NCBI RefSeq assembly: GCF_036321535.1
Contig: NC_087437.1
Location: forward strand, 28,522,001 to 28,586,000
Source: Camelus dromedarius
Taxonomy: Eukaryota
DNA length: 64,000 bases
Direction of reading: 5' to 3'
A program made the translations under genes and the position numbers. Within the stretch, counting starts at the first letter, position 1. Each line of letters opens with the position of its first letter. Positions 14,794 to 28,740 of the stretch are shown piece by piece. The notes under the pieces were generated by a model that saw only the letters and a list, made by a program, of their open reading frames with translations, made no database searches and was not told the DNA's origin.

Positions 14794-15734
14794 GCTTACC
14801 GTATAGTATAGAATACTATTTGTAAAACAAAACAAAACAAACAAACAATAACATCAAATCTGTGAAGTCTCCATGGAGACTGTCAAAGGGGAAAAATGAA
14901 GGTGTCTGTTTTGACTACTTTAGCAATTTCTGCCAAACGAGTCCAGTGTCCCTTTGGGTTTTATTCCATAGCTTTCTACAAATCCTTATGTGTTTTTTCA
15001 AATAAAACATGAAATAAACATTTTAGTCCTGTATCGTAGGTTTCTTAAATTTGCAACAAAAGCAGAGTCTAAGTTTGCAATACATATGCTGCTGTTGAGA
15101 TACAGGTATACATTTGGGGTGAACATGTGTGTGTGTTTATATGCATCATTACATACAGGCACGTGTACACATCTACACGTGACTGAAAACAGCGCTATGC
15201 AATGGGTCCAGCAGAATTGCAGTTGGCATTCAGAGAACTTTATTCTTCTGGGTTCTCTGACTCCTTAATTTATCTTTCTCAGTATACATGTCTAACTTTT
15301 AGTTATCCTGAAACAACTTTCTGTAGGGAAGTAAAATCAAGAAAGTGTTGCTTGCCTTTTGGGAAGAAAAGTCAGCATCTTCAGTGTTCTCGTTAACAAG
15401 TGAATAGAGCTATCGATAGGATTTTGGAATTTAATTGTTTAGTCTTTGATACGACGCAGTCTTTATTTGCTTTTCAGCAAACAAATATTGAAACTAACAT
15501 ATTCATACCTTGAAACTTTTCAGAAGCAGCAGCTGTTAGAATTTGGCAAAATTAAAAGGAATAACTGGTCAACCTCCCACTTCAGAGTTTAGGTTTTATA
15601 GTACAAATCCGTTATCTTATGCTTGAGGAAATTCCCGGAACTTAAATGTGTTTACATTTAAATGGTACATGAAAATATTTAAAGCTATTTACAAATAACT
15701 TTAGGTTGGCAGTTGTTAAATTATGTGTGCCCCT

Positions 15735-16133
15735 TTTACTGACTGAATGTTTGTGTCCCCCTGAAATTCATATGTTGAAGCCCTGTCTCTGATGTGGCTA
15801 TATGGGGAGATGGGGCCTCTAAGGAGATAATTAAGGTTAAAGTAGTTAAGGTTAACATTCTGAGTGTGAGGCCCTGATCTGATGGGATTGGAGTCTTTGT
15901 AAGAGACATCAGTGAGCTTTCTCTCTCTCTCTGTGCACGCACCAAGGAAAGGCCATGTAAGGAAACAATAAGGTGACTGTCTGCAAACCAAAGAGAGAGC
16001 TCTTACTGGAAACCAAATTGGCCAGAACCATCATCTTGGGCTTGTAACTTCCAGAACTGTGAGAAAATGCATTTGTGTTTCTTAAACCACCCATCTATGG
16101 TATTTTGTTATGGCGGCCTCAGCAGACTAATAT
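15735..16133 (+). mobile_element. ERVL-MaLR solo LTR (MLT1A/MST-like)
   Basis: Starts gactgaatgtttgtgtcccc...attcatatgttgaagccct and ends ccagaactgtgagaaaa...ctatggtattttgttatggc...gcagactaa. Confidence 0.85.
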
Positions 16134-16162
16134 TGCCCCCATTAAACTGCGTTAGCTTTAAG

Positions 16163-16389
16163 CAGTGGTTAGCTTGCAGCTGGAGATGACTTTGTTGCCC
16201 CTGACTCCCAGGGACATTTGGCAGTATCTAGAGACAGTTCTGATGATTGTAACCGAGGACAGGAGTGTTGTAGGCATCTAGTAGTCCAGGTGTGGTGCTA
16301 AGCATCCTGCAACGAACGGCAAGAACAGCCCCCACAACAAAGTCTTATCCGGCCCCACATGTCAGTAGAGCTGAGGCTGAGAAACCTTG
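16163..16389 (+). mobile_element. MER20 (hAT-Charlie DNA transposon relic)
   Basis: cagtggtt...gggacatttggcagtatctagagaca...cagcccccacaacaaag...gtcagtagagctgaggctgagaaacc. Confidence 0.8.
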
Positions 16390-19300
16390 AATTTCTTTTT
16401 AGGATGTGTATATTCTTGTAAACAGACACAAGCCCTTTATGGAAACAAGTGAATCATAAGGAGATATACATTTAAGAGCTACAATATCCTATGTGTTAGA
16501 TGCAATTAACTTATTTTTGATATTTGTAAAAGCCAATAAACTGTAATTCCTAGAGCTAATTAAACTTATATTCATTCACCTAAAGGAAAACAAAATGCTT
16601 GAGCATATATGCATGTGTATGCATATTTGTGTGTGTGTGAAGTATAATTTTTCTTAAAGTTAATCACCTTTTAAACTGCCATACATTTCTCACCACTAGG
16701 TACTTATAATTTTAAAATTAATATTATATATGTAAATGTATTCACCCTTGCATTAGAATAGATAATTAAACAGCATGACAGAACCACAAAAACATTTTTG
16801 GAAAAGTGTGCTGCAATGATATTTCTTGATTGCCAATTTTTTTCCCTTTTGCAAAATTTTTCTGAGATATTTGTACCATCTTAGCTGGAAAAAAAAAAAA
16901 AGCCAACCAAAAGCCAGTTATTTTCAATAGGAAGCTACCAGTTTCCTTTGCCAGAGTTTCTGGCCAATATCTGAGCGATGGATATCTCCAGAAAGTGCTT
17001 CAAAAACATTTGCCTATCTCAGCTGTTCCAAAGGAAATATTAGTTTTGTTTTAAGAATTGAACTAAATGGTTGCAGGTTGAATAGTCTACCAGTGAAAGT
17101 TGGAAAAGACTTCTGAGTATTAGCTGGTACCCTTATAATTTTTTCATTGCCCTTTTATTTCCAGAATCTACCCAAATATGACTCAGTAATTTTAATCCTA
17201 CCACACAGTTACCATTTGGCAGCTTAATAAAGTGTCTTTTTACATTCTGACCTCATAAGTCACAATATTCCTTTTATTTTAGGTAGAAGTATAATTAAAA
17301 ATGGGAAATTAGTTTTTTCCAGTTTTCAAATAGAATTTTGGGGTTTTTTTGTTTTACTAAGTTTAGCCAGCTTAGTCTAAGTACAATGTTTTATTTTTGA
17401 TTGTTAGCTAATTCTTAAATAAATATTGAAAAAAGCTGAGAAATAGTTTTCTTATATCTCTAAATTGCCATCTCTAGTTCCATTCAGTTTTATCTTTATT
17501 CTGCAATTTATACCTCACCACATACATCACATAGGTATCATTTTAGATATGTAGTATATGTAATAATACATGGTAATCCATACTATGTAATAATTTTAAA
17601 GTACAGTGTATTAGACTCTGATGTTTAAAAATTAACCAGGCATTTATTTTGAGGCTCAAACAATTAATCTAAATGTACGTCTTCCCTTGTTAGAATCACA
17701 CACTTTGTGCCAGTTTCAAAGGCTAATGAGAAAGTCCTTCAATTCACAATTCAACAGTTTGAACCTCAGAAACTGAGGACGTGGTGTCTTGAGCTCTCCA
17801 TTGGCCTCAGGTGATCTCTGATCAAAATTGTTGATCTCATAGAGGCTTTTGGAATTTGTTCTTACTTTTTTTGGACAGATTACTTTTAATTTAAAGATGT
17901 AGAGAAATTATTAGAGCAAAGTGAACTCATTCTGTGTCAATATTTTATTGAACTTTCTCCATTTCCTTAAAGTATACAATATATGCATTACAGTGATGTT
18001 TTTGGAATCTGTGTTGTGGCAACTTATAAAAAGCCTCCTTGAATGGAGCCTAAGGTATTTATGGTACAGGCTCTCTAGAGTGGCCTGCTAGTCAGCTGGC
18101 CAGCTTATTGAAAGTAAGATTTTAGTGCAGTCAACAAAAGTAAACCTCAGAAACATAACACTGTGAGAAGCATATTAGAATGGCATTTTTCCTTAGCGGA
18201 TGTGACAAATACAGAATGATGATTAAGGGGCAAGCTTATGTTACATTATTGATGATTGACATGCACTGACACTGAGTTTTGCCACGTGTATTATTTTTAG
18301 TACTTTTAACAGATAACGGTGCAGGGTGAAACAGCTGCTACTTGTCATTAGCTTGAGAGCTTAAGCAAAGAGAGAAAAATAATTAATATTTATTGACAGC
18401 AAGTTATGTATACCAGGAGCCATGTATGAGGTTGGCCTCACTATCTTGCTCAATCCTCATACATCGCCAGTGAGATCAATCGTATTGTTACTGTTCTACA
18501 GAAAAGGTATGACCACTCAGAGAATGTAACCAACTTCTGCAGGGACACACAGCAAGTAAGTAACAACGCTGCTGTTCGAACCAAGCTATGGTTGATAAAA
18601 ATCTGCAATTACATGGCAGTAAGTGGAGCTACGTGTAGCAATCAGTACTGAACAAAAGCTGCTTTATATTTTTGTATTAACCCTAGCAGCCCAATTTATT
18701 GTATCTTGAGGTGAAATCTCTGGATGGTTCAGAGTCGTAGTTCCCATACAAGAATCTGCGTATGTGAGCACTAGGTACTGACGGAATTTTTGTTCTTAGA
18801 TTTTTAGAATGTATTGTCACTGTATAAGTTTTCGAATGCCAAATATATTGGACTCCTGCACAAATCTTCTTTCTCTCTAGTGAAATCTGCAGGCCTTTCC
18901 TTGTTTTCTCCCTTTTTCATGGCAAGCTTTGTTGTCTGTTCAAATTACTGGCCTCTGAATAAAAGCATCATTAGGTTAGTACAACTCAGAGTCAAAATTT
19001 GGTATTAGATCTAGTTTTTATTCTATTATCTTCATGGTCTCCAGCACAGAATTAGAGTAGAATTCACCTTTAAGCATTGTGTAAGAAATGTTCCTTTATT
19101 CATCCTGCAAATACTTGTTGAGGTACGGTGCTGGGAACTCAAGAGATGGATGAAGCTGGAAAGGTACCAGTGTCATATTTACCTTAACTCTCAACAGAAA
19201 GGATGCCTCTGCTGGTTTTCTCCAGGGTTTTAGGCAGTTTTCTAGAAAAGGATGTTTATTCTAACTTATTTTTGACCTTTTTATTTGTCAAACCACAATT

Positions 19301-19669
19301 ATTCAGCGGCACAGTCAGCATTAAGCAAGTTTTGACCTTCCTGAGAAGCTAAGTTTATCTAATATCAATTGCAGAGGCTACGTCTGTTATTTTTTCCACA
19401 CATGTCAATGAAAAATTCGTGTGGCTTTGCAGACTTGCATTTTGTAGTGTTTTCTGTCAAATCAGAGTGACCTGGAATACTGTTAAAATGCGGATCCCTG
19501 GGCTGCCAGCCCTACTGCCACGGACACTCTGTGGGAGAGGCTTGGTAGTCTGCATACTTTTCCACACAATATCCTCAATTGATTCTTAGGAACATAGCTT
19601 TTTTGAAAGCAAGGTTCCAGTTGCAATCAAATCAAGCTGAGCATGGAAAGGTAGCCTATGTAAGAAATG

Positions 19670-19887
19670 CAACTATATTTGATACCTAGTAATAGTCTAT
19701 AGTGAAGAAGAACATGAAAAGGAATATATAGAAATGTGTAACTGTAAAACCCCAAACCCTTCTTCTGCTTGTAAAAAAAAAAAAAAAGAAATGTATAACT
19801 GAATTGCTATGCTGTACACCATAAATTAACACGTTGTATACCGACTGTACTTCAGTTGAAAAAAAAATGGAAAAAAAGGTTTAAAAA
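19670..19887 (+). mobile_element. 5'-truncated LINE-1 3' end with A-rich tail, containing a nested insertion
   Basis: Laurasiatherian L1 3'UTR-like text (gaaaaggaatatata...ctatgctgtacacc...gactgtacttca) plus A tail; TSD AAGAAATG at 19662-19669 and 19888-19895. Confidence 0.75.
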
Positions 19888-22197
19888 AAGAAATGTGGTA
19901 AAATGGCATCTTTCCTGAGTAGATGTAGTAAAGACAAAATGAAAACCAAAGGTCTGAGTTTCTATTAAAAGTTTGGAGATGCACTGTTACAGAACAGGGT
20001 GGTTTGCATGTGGTTTCTCTTCCTCATTATCTCCACCCAGGCTGTGTTCACAGGTAGGAGGGCCTTGGTGGTTTTGTCCAAGGGAGGCGTTGGAATGAAG
20101 TGCTGAGGGAGACCAGCGCTAGTGTGGCCGAGGCCAGGTTCAGGGCCTAGGGATGCCTCTGTGCTATTTATGGAACCATAGAAACTGATCTCAGTGAATT
20201 GACAGTAACTGAATCCTCAAAGTGGATATAACCCTGCTTATCTGCACTTCAATAAATCCAATTTCAGTGAGAAATGTGATGTGGAGATATTGAGAACCAG
20301 AATTTCTCTTAGAGCCAAGATGTTCTTTGTACTGAAGAAAAAAAAAAAAAAGCAAGTTTCCCCTATAAGACCTCAACTGGACAGCCCTGGAGTCAGACCA
20401 CGTGTCATCCATGAGTTTATTTATGTTGGCCAGTCATTCTCTGTGGTTTATCTTGTGACTCGAAGCGCTGTTTTTGTACAAGTTGTTTTGCATCCAGATG
20501 ATTTTAGACTAATACTTTGCTCGTGATCTCAACAGATACCAAGCGTGGTGATTTCATACAGAATGTCATAGATATGTAACTGTTACTTTACTTGTGAAGT
20601 TATCAATAGCCATCACTAATAGATACTATGGAAATTACCTTCCTGCTGATATTTTGTTTTTCTGTTACTGGATATAGAATTTAAAATGTGCTGGAGGTGG
20701 TGGTAATTGCTGCTTCTAATCTTCCCTCTGCCTCTCAGTGCTCACAGTGCCTAGGGTGTGACGGTACATTATCTTCTTTAATCTTCATAATGAACCCATG
20801 GTGTAGGTTATACAGCAATTTTGAAATGAATGAAAAGCCCAAAGCTTAAAGAAGTTAGTTTTTTATGCAATCCGTGCAGCTGATAAGTGAGAGAGCTAAG
20901 TCTCTCTACCCCAGATCTTGAGACCTGTGAGGCCCTTGCTGTGAACTACTGTCCCCTGTGCCTCCTGATTTAAAATATTATTAGTAATTCTTTATGGCAT
21001 AAAGCTTGTTAACAGACAGTATTCTATATTAGCCTGTGTGTAAACTTATTCCTAAAAACCTTAATCAAAACAAGCCAGAAGTAGAGTGTTCAAATTAGAA
21101 TTGTGACAGATTTTATCACAAACATAAACATCAGTTTCCTGAGTCGATTTAACAGTACAAGGTCAAATTATGGTAAATAGATTTTTCTTAGAAAAACCAA
21201 AGAAGGCTCGAGAAGGTGGTTGATGGCTTCAATTAAATCTTTCTTTTACCCTCACAAACAGTTCTAATTAGATTTATTGGTGAAAGAAAGTGTCAAGGTA
21301 GTAATTGAGATAGGTTACTATCAATATGACTTGACAAGATTATATTGAAATAATATGGGTCAGTCCCTCACAGTGTTACATAATACAGACCTTAGTGGGT
21401 ATTTTAACGAGAAGGATCATTCCGAAAGAAAGGTATATTCACATTTCTTATTTTATAGTCACTTACTTTGTTTCTCCATTTTATACTATACATTTTTGGA
21501 GGGTAAATATGCCTAGTTCTGTTGTTTTACAGTTCTTGGGCGAAGGAGACTAGGTTTATCGCTGAAAGGTTAAAGGCTCTATTTTTCACCAATATTTCAT
21601 TATACTTACTAATCTCTATTTCAGTGGAAGTGTCTGGGAATTTTCTTCTTTTCATCTGTAGCTTTTTTAATATGTGGTCTTATAAAGCTTAGAAGGAATT
21701 TTCAGTTTACTTTTTATGAGATATGTGTAAAGGCGTTTTACTGAAGATACAGTGAGCCTTGAGTCCTCTAAGTTCATTTCCTTACAGCCCAATACGTAAA
21801 AATAGATGGTAAAACTTTATGACTCTTTTGGGTTTATTAAAATCAACCAGAAAATATCATGGAAGGAGCCTAATATTTTTATTTGATATTCTATGTTTTA
21901 GTGTTACCTTGGCAGTTTGTAGATTTTTAAACTTGGATCTAGAAATATTAGGGCTAATATTAAAGTACAGGAACTTCTTTAGAAGAAGCTTTAAACTTTT
22001 TCCATATGTCTTTAATACCTCATTTTGATAATGTATTTGAGTGAATTTATTATTTATTTGAAATATAAAGTGATTTGGACAATACTTTGTGTGAAACACC
22101 CATAGATTCAAGTGGTAGGCTTGCATTATTATGATTTTTTTTAAGATTTGTGGATTTTAATTTTTTTAAGATGGCATTTTCTGCTTTTGTTTTTTAG

Positions 22198-22368
22198 GGT
22201 CGTTGCTCCAGGGAGAACTGCAAATATCTTCATCCACCCCCACACTTAAAAACGCAGTTGGAGATAAATGGGCGCAATAACTTGATTCAGCAGAAGAACA
22301 TGGCCATGTTGGCCCAGCAAATGCAACTAGCCAATGCCATGATGCCCGGTGCCCCATTGCAACCCGTG
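22198..22368 (+). CDS. MBNL1: MBNL1 coding exon, 171 nt, phase 0/0: C-terminal half of CCCH ZnF2 and start of linker
   Basis: Acceptor ttttgttttttag|GGT and donor GTG|gtgagc. Translates [57 protein letters not shown], which matches MBNL1 as I recall it. Not in the ORF track. Confidence 0.98.
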
Positions 22369-24954
22369 GTGAGCCTGGCCTCAGTTCTCATTCCTTACGT
22401 TTGTCACTCTGAGTGCTCAGTTTCAGTGTTAAAGTGATGAATGCACTAGATCAAGTGAACACAGGTAACAGGATCAGTTGCCTAGCATTTTCTAGCAAAA
22501 TTATCAGTCAAACCCTGGAAATAGTTTTGACACTGTCAAGTTACTCATCTTCTGGCTAAATCATGTGGAAATGTATGTTATAGCATGTTTTCCTGCCAAA
22601 TTCTTTTCAGATTAAATCCTGTGACTTGCAGGTGTTAAAATGGTAATTAAATGTAAAATGGTCATTAAATGTCAGGATAGTCAAGGTGCATCTTCAGGCT
22701 ACCTCCAGCGATAATCGTCATTTTTTTAAAAAATGGTGTATATCATCATTAATTTTGAGAACATGTTTCCCTTTCCCCCTCCTTGAAGAGAATCCATATA
22801 GTTCTCTTTATGGAAAGGAGTCTTTGTTATTCTTTTCAACTTAAGTTGAAATTATTCCATAGTTACAAGGTCTGGGAGAGTTCTGACGGTGGCGAGTCCA
22901 TATCACAGACCTGGAAGTCCCATCAGAGGAGGACCAGTCAGGAGAGGCAGAAACCCCAAGGGCTTTTTTTTTTTTTTTTTTTTTTTTAAGAAAAAGAGCT
23001 GCATTTTATAAACTGTAGGTGGTCATAGGGATTTGTTGTTTACTGAGCAGTACGTGTGGATAACTTTTGATTCTGAGCACATTTATTTATTTATTTATTC
23101 ATTTGGATTTCGGGGGGAGGTTGTATGTGACAGATGACTTTAATAACCTTTACTCACAGTTATCCACAAAAATGTAAGAGATTTATATCATAATTAATTT
23201 TAGGTTGCAAAAAATGTTCTGATGTTAATTGTGATACAGTAATGCTGTATTTAAATGCATGTTCAAATTTGCAATGATCAGAATATTTCTGTCATTGACT
23301 TCTATGCGATATTATGCGGTCTCGGGAGTGTGAAGACCCACATTTTCCTGATAAGCTAATTGTAGCATGTGTGCTAACTGATTTTTTTCCTAGTACATTT
23401 TAACACCTGAACTCAACGTAATTATTATTCTCTCTTAGAACTTAATGCACCAATCATTCCAAAAAAGAGGGGGGGATTGCATTTCGAGGTGGGAGGGATC
23501 TCCAAATCCAATCGTCAGTGATACCAATTGTCAATACTATACAGTTGAGGTGAGAGAATATTATAATTTTGTGTCTGTTTTAACTTGATATATATATATT
23601 TTTCCATTATGGGGGACTCAGTGAAAAATATCTTAAATTTATTTCTGTGACATCTGTTAATTTCACATGTCTATATTGGGATAGCATGAAGATTTCCATT
23701 TGGTTGAAAAAAAAAGTTTAATCATTCTCTTTAGCATAAAATATAGGACAAGAGTTCTCTTTGACATTTGGCCCTCACATATGGTTTCAAAGATCTGATA
23801 AATCCTTGGGATGGCTACAACTTTAGTTGATGTAAGATCTCGCCTTGATGTAAGATACTTTGTTCCACTTAAACATTTGAAGAGTGCTTACTGCCAGGCT
23901 CTCCCCACTCAGTGACCGGGAGCAACTCTGAGATCAGCAAGTGTGGTTGCCAGACGGCAGAAAACAGTCCACGTCACGGCAGTGAGTTCCTCACTGCAAA
24001 GTCATGGCTGTCTCCTGACTTAGTCCTTGAGTGTTACTCTCAAGGCCATTCCAGGATCACCATATGCGTAATCCTGGGACAAACTATAAACAGCATTATG
24101 GTCATGTCTTTGAAATACTAGTAACAAATACGTGTTGTTTATGAAATCACTAAATCACAGATTTCTGAAACCATCGAAAATTACCTCATTTTCTAGTGTT
24201 TTTGTTGGCAAATTCTCTGCTTAGACAAAGCGTTTATTTTTATTAGTTGTGAGCCCATTCAGGCTTTATGTTAATTTTCCCTGATATGACTAGATTTGAA
24301 TGTGGAATTACCCTTCTGCTAAAGGCATCCTGAGATCATGGTCTAAAAATAGGCTCTGTTCAGAGTGACGTTTTTGTAATGACTGTAGAAGTCACTTTAA
24401 TTATTCAATTCTAAAGCATTTGGGGTTTTAATGACTGTAGAGAAGGCTTTAATCCAGGAAATTTGCTTTCAAAACCCCACCTGAGACTTTTCGATCCTTT
24501 TTGTAGTCAGTCCTGTTTTGATGAGGGTAACATTATGGAGATTCAGAAATAAATGAGATGGTCACAACCAGCTGCTTACTGGAACCTTAATGCTAGGCCC
24601 ACAAACAGGGATTATAACCGGGCTGGAAGCAGCCAGGTGACTAATATGGAAAAGGCCACTCAGAGGAGGATGGCCTCTAGACTAGATGCTTGTGTTTGAA
24701 GACAGAGTTGAATCCAACGTAGGATAGTGGTGATATCAAAGGAGATCGTACTGTGAGCAGATTCCTAGGAGCAGTATCAGGAATATCTGAGCAGTGACAG
24801 GGCTTTTAGTTGAGTAAGTAAAGCATCTTAGTTCTCTAGGGCCAACCAGTGTAGCCCCCAAGCCGTAAGTGGAGGGACATGAAGAAAAGAGGCTAGCAAG
24901 GTTGAGTTAAATCCAGAAGCATCCAGTATTATGCCTGGCATGTAGCAGCGACCT

Positions 24955-25080
24955 TGTTTTTTAGGTTGGAGGAGGTAATTAGGTTTATTTATTTATGTTC
25001 AGAGGCGGTACTGGGGATTGAACCCAGGACCTTGTGCATGCTAAGCAGGCGCTCTACCACTTGAGCTACACCCTCCCCCC
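24955..25080 (-). mobile_element. tRNA-Ala-derived SINE (camelid Vic-1-like)
   Basis: Reverse complement GGGGGGAGGGTGTAGCTCAAGTGGTAGAGCGCCTGCTTAGCATGCACAAGGTCCTGGGTTCAATCCCCAGTACC... with the same tail as the 12640 copy. Possible degenerate TSD gcatgYagcagYga at 24938 and 25082. Confidence 0.88.
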
Positions 25081-25574
25081 AGCATGCAGCAGTGATGAAA
25101 GAATCGCTTGATAAGTGAAAAAATGAATGAGGAAGGAGTTTCCTGAACATGAGAAGAACAGGCAGAGGTTCATGGTAGTTACCTGCCCCAGAGTCCAAAG
25201 GAATCATAACCAGGATCAAGAACGCAGCCCAATTAGAGAGACGGCAGCGTAGAATGGGGAACACAGGTGGATACCCGTTAGCTGACTGTTAGCAGAGGCA
25301 GCCTGAGGCTTGACGAGGGTGCAGTTGGGACCAGGAAATAGCTCTCATGCCACCCAGCTTGGGCTCTCATTTTCTCATGCATTTTGAGAGACTGGGTCTA
25401 TAAATTTAAGATCTTCAGAACATGACACTAGGCTGACCTGGGGAAGGCAGGGATTTATAGGAGAGTTTCCTGTTTTCATGGACTTTACTATGTTATAATG
25501 AATTGTACCAAGCCCGGAAGCAGAAAGAGAACATAACATTTGGGGAGGGGGGCAGTAAGTACAGTACTCAGAGG

Positions 25575-25745
25575 GCATTTAAGGCACTCAACGCTTTCTG
25601 TATCATAAATCTTCACAACTGTACTGTGAAGTAGGGGCTACTATCCAGCTTTAGAGATGACGATTCAGAGGTTCAGAGATCAAGTAATTTGCCCGAGTCA
25701 CGTGGCTAGTGAGTATCAGGGCTGGGATCTCACTCAGGCTGTTCA
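25575..25745 (-). mobile_element. MIR SINE
   Basis: aatcttcacaactgtactgtgaagtagg...tttagagatgacgattcagaggttcagagatcaagtaatttgcccgagtcac. Confidence 0.7.
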
Positions 25746-28329
25746 GGTTCTAAGTGGAGACATGTGACCAACCAACTCTGGGTCTTTGGTTGATTCATTT
25801 AAAATCCCTGACCTTCTTCACTATGCAGTGAAAAGTTTAAGATACATTCTTTGCAGGATCCTGCCAATCTTACAGCATAATTATTCCCATATTATAAGAT
25901 GAGGAAATAAGTAGTTGAAAATAAGTAATTTAATTTGTGTCTACTTCTTTAAAAGTAGCACAATAAATTATTAAAGAATTGATATTAATTCTGTTATCAT
26001 TTGTAAACCACTAATAAAAGTACAAAAAGACCATTTTTTTCCTTTACTGTATAATCGTTGAAGATAGAGGGAACTATAGTATTGAATTATCCAAATTAAA
26101 AAATAAAATTTCTGGATTCTTTTTCTAAGTAGTACTTTAAAAACTCTTGTTACTTTGCCATGCACTGAAGATGCAAAGGTACTCTAATGAGGACGTTATT
26201 AAATAACAACCAAAGATAGACTGCACCTAGGGGCTCACGACGTAGAGACATCTGGTATATTTCTTTGGTCCCTCCCAGAAAGATGTTTTTCAAACACCCT
26301 GTGAGTCCGGGTTCTCATCGTTGCCCTCGGAGAAGTGTGCACTAGCATTGTTTGGAAGAGCTGTATCTGAGCTCCAGCGTTCCCCCAGCGGCGGCCCCCT
26401 GTCCATTTCCCCTTGCTCCCAGAGGGTAGCCTTGGCCGTCCACGTTTTCCTGTGGTGCCTGCCCTGAAGGCACACACACATGCTCTGAGGTGTGAAACTC
26501 ACGTCGAATTCCCTGTGCATTATGTGAATTCAAGCCTTGGGGATCGAGAAATTGAAAGTTACTGGATTTAGCTAAAGTCTTAGGACCTCCTGTGCTGTTT
26601 CTGTCACCTTGCCTTTGCTGTTATGTCCAAGCATTTTTTGGCCGTTGATTGCTGAAAGCTTAGAAGTCATCATTTGTCACACTTCCACGAACACCTAGAA
26701 TTCTTCAGTTGTTTTTTAGTGCTTTACTTTCCAGTTTATCCAACTAGTGGTTGAGATAAGGCCGCTTTATCCCCACATGTTTCTGGTAAAATGTTTCCAG
26801 GTCGGTCACCCTGAGTCATATTTCATCTGTCCCGCCTTTCTGTCTGCCTTTCTGTCAAGGCACCTGTGCTTCCTCAGGCAGCTTGGGAAGGGCCTGAATT
26901 TCAGGGACCAGACCATGTTTGTTGCTGCTTGGAGGGAGAGAAGAGAGTCTTCTGTATTTAAATGTTTATCATGTCAGTAAAACTCGCTTGAAGGATAAAG
27001 TGAAATTAAGAGTAAAGTAAGTGGTCATTTGATTTGCCCAGTCAGCATGTCAGTCTAGACGAGTTAAAAACAGTATTTCTCATTTTATTCCAGGCATGTG
27101 CTACTTTCTTAGGAAAAGAAAAAGGACACTGTAATGTGAATTTCTAGATAAATTTACTTTTTAGCTCTGTTTATATTCAAAATAATTATTTACAGAGATT
27201 GTTTATAGCTCTCGTACAGGGGTGTATCTACCCAGAAACTTGTTTTTTATGTCTTGATTGTGTGCTGTTAATTTTTTAAAAAGCTTAATTTTTCCCTGCT
27301 TACAAGTTTGACCCCCCCCACACACACACCCTCACACAGAGGTAAAATCCAGAAAAATCTGACTTAAAATTTGTGTCCTATAAATCCCAGCAGATACTGA
27401 CTGTATATTATTTAGTGTACTCTCTCCATTAAAAATTGCAAACATTATATGCAAAACAAACACCATTTCAAATAATGTTTTAAAATAAATTAGGACCACT
27501 ATGATATCTGCAAGATTACAGCAAGGTAACAGTATGTTAGTGAAACTTTCAGTTCAATATAAAAAATGACAAACAAAAATAAAAGAAATTTAATTTCAAA
27601 CACATATACTAAAGAACTAATGATTAAATTTTGAGATAGAAAGAAAATAACATCAAATCTTTTTAAACGTTCAAATGTCTGTACTAGAAAATATTTAATG
27701 TATTTGCTGGTTAGTTTCTGTGGCAGAGAAAAACAGTTAGCAAATCCACAAAAATACTTGTTAAGCAAATGTTTGTAGAGGACCTGTTTAAGTGCCAGTT
27801 GCAGAATCTACCAAATGAACAAAGAACAGTGCGTAAGACTGCTCTCCGAGAGCCCAAGTAGGAGAGGTGGTTAAGTAAACACAGCTGGTGATCAACGCTG
27901 AATTCAAGAGAGGAAGAGTTAGGTAAGAACAGAGGGTAGGAGAAGCCTTTTAGTTGGACATGTGGGTGGATCAGGGACAACATCAACAGAAAGAGTCCTG
28001 ATTCTTGAAGGTTGATTGGGAATTAAACAGTTGGGCTGGACTGGAGCAGCCTTCAGTGTGGAGGGAAAACCATTTTCAAAAGAAGTGAACTTTAAGGAAA
28101 CAGGTGTCCTCACGTAGAATCAGAAAACTGAATCTCTTATTAAACAGTAGAAGACCACATAGTATATGGAATGGGGTTTCTCCAGGAGCTTTTAAAAAAA
28201 AATATTGCCGTCTAGCCACCTCTCTTCCCAGAGATTCTGATGAGTGGAGCGCACCAGGGTATTCCAGGCTTCACGTTGTCCAGGTGACTGTTGGACAGCC
28301 AGCATCGAGACCCCTTGGTTTTAATACCA

Positions 28330-28740
28330 GCTGGAATCAAACACAGCTGTGTCCAAATCCTAGGTCCTCCATGCAGTCCTTTGTGACTGTGGGCACATAA
28401 TTCGTGTGAACCCTTTTTCCTACCTGAAAAATAAAGCTAATAATACCCACATGACAAGGCTACAATTAATTCACACTTTTATTCATTCATTCACTCAAAC
28501 ACTTATTCAGTGTATATTTATTGAGTGCCTACTGTGTGTCAGGCATTGTTCTCAGTTCTGGCGATTTAGTGGTGAACTGAACATGTGTCCTCCCCTTTTC
28601 AAAACAAAAACAATGGAGCTTTTGCTTTCGTTTGCTCCGTGGAAGTTACACTCTACTGTTAAGCGGATTAAATATAATAACATAGGTAAAGCGCTTAGCA
28701 CAGTGCCTGGCACACAATAAACAGAGGGAATTATTGTGAT
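28330..28740 (+). mobile_element. MIR interrupted by a minus-strand L2 3' end (about 28470-28625)
   Basis: MIR 5' part (caaatcctagg...gtgactgtgggcaca), then attcattcattcact...atttattgagtgcctactgtgtgtcaggcattg, then the MIR 3' part (ggattaaat...aaagcgcttagcacagtgcctggcacac). Confidence 0.7.

Noticed and set aside
25005..25080. tRNA-Ala(AGC) gene (also at 12640)
   Set aside because: Both copies carry the same non-tRNA 3' tail, an A-rich end and mutated stems, so they are SINEs.
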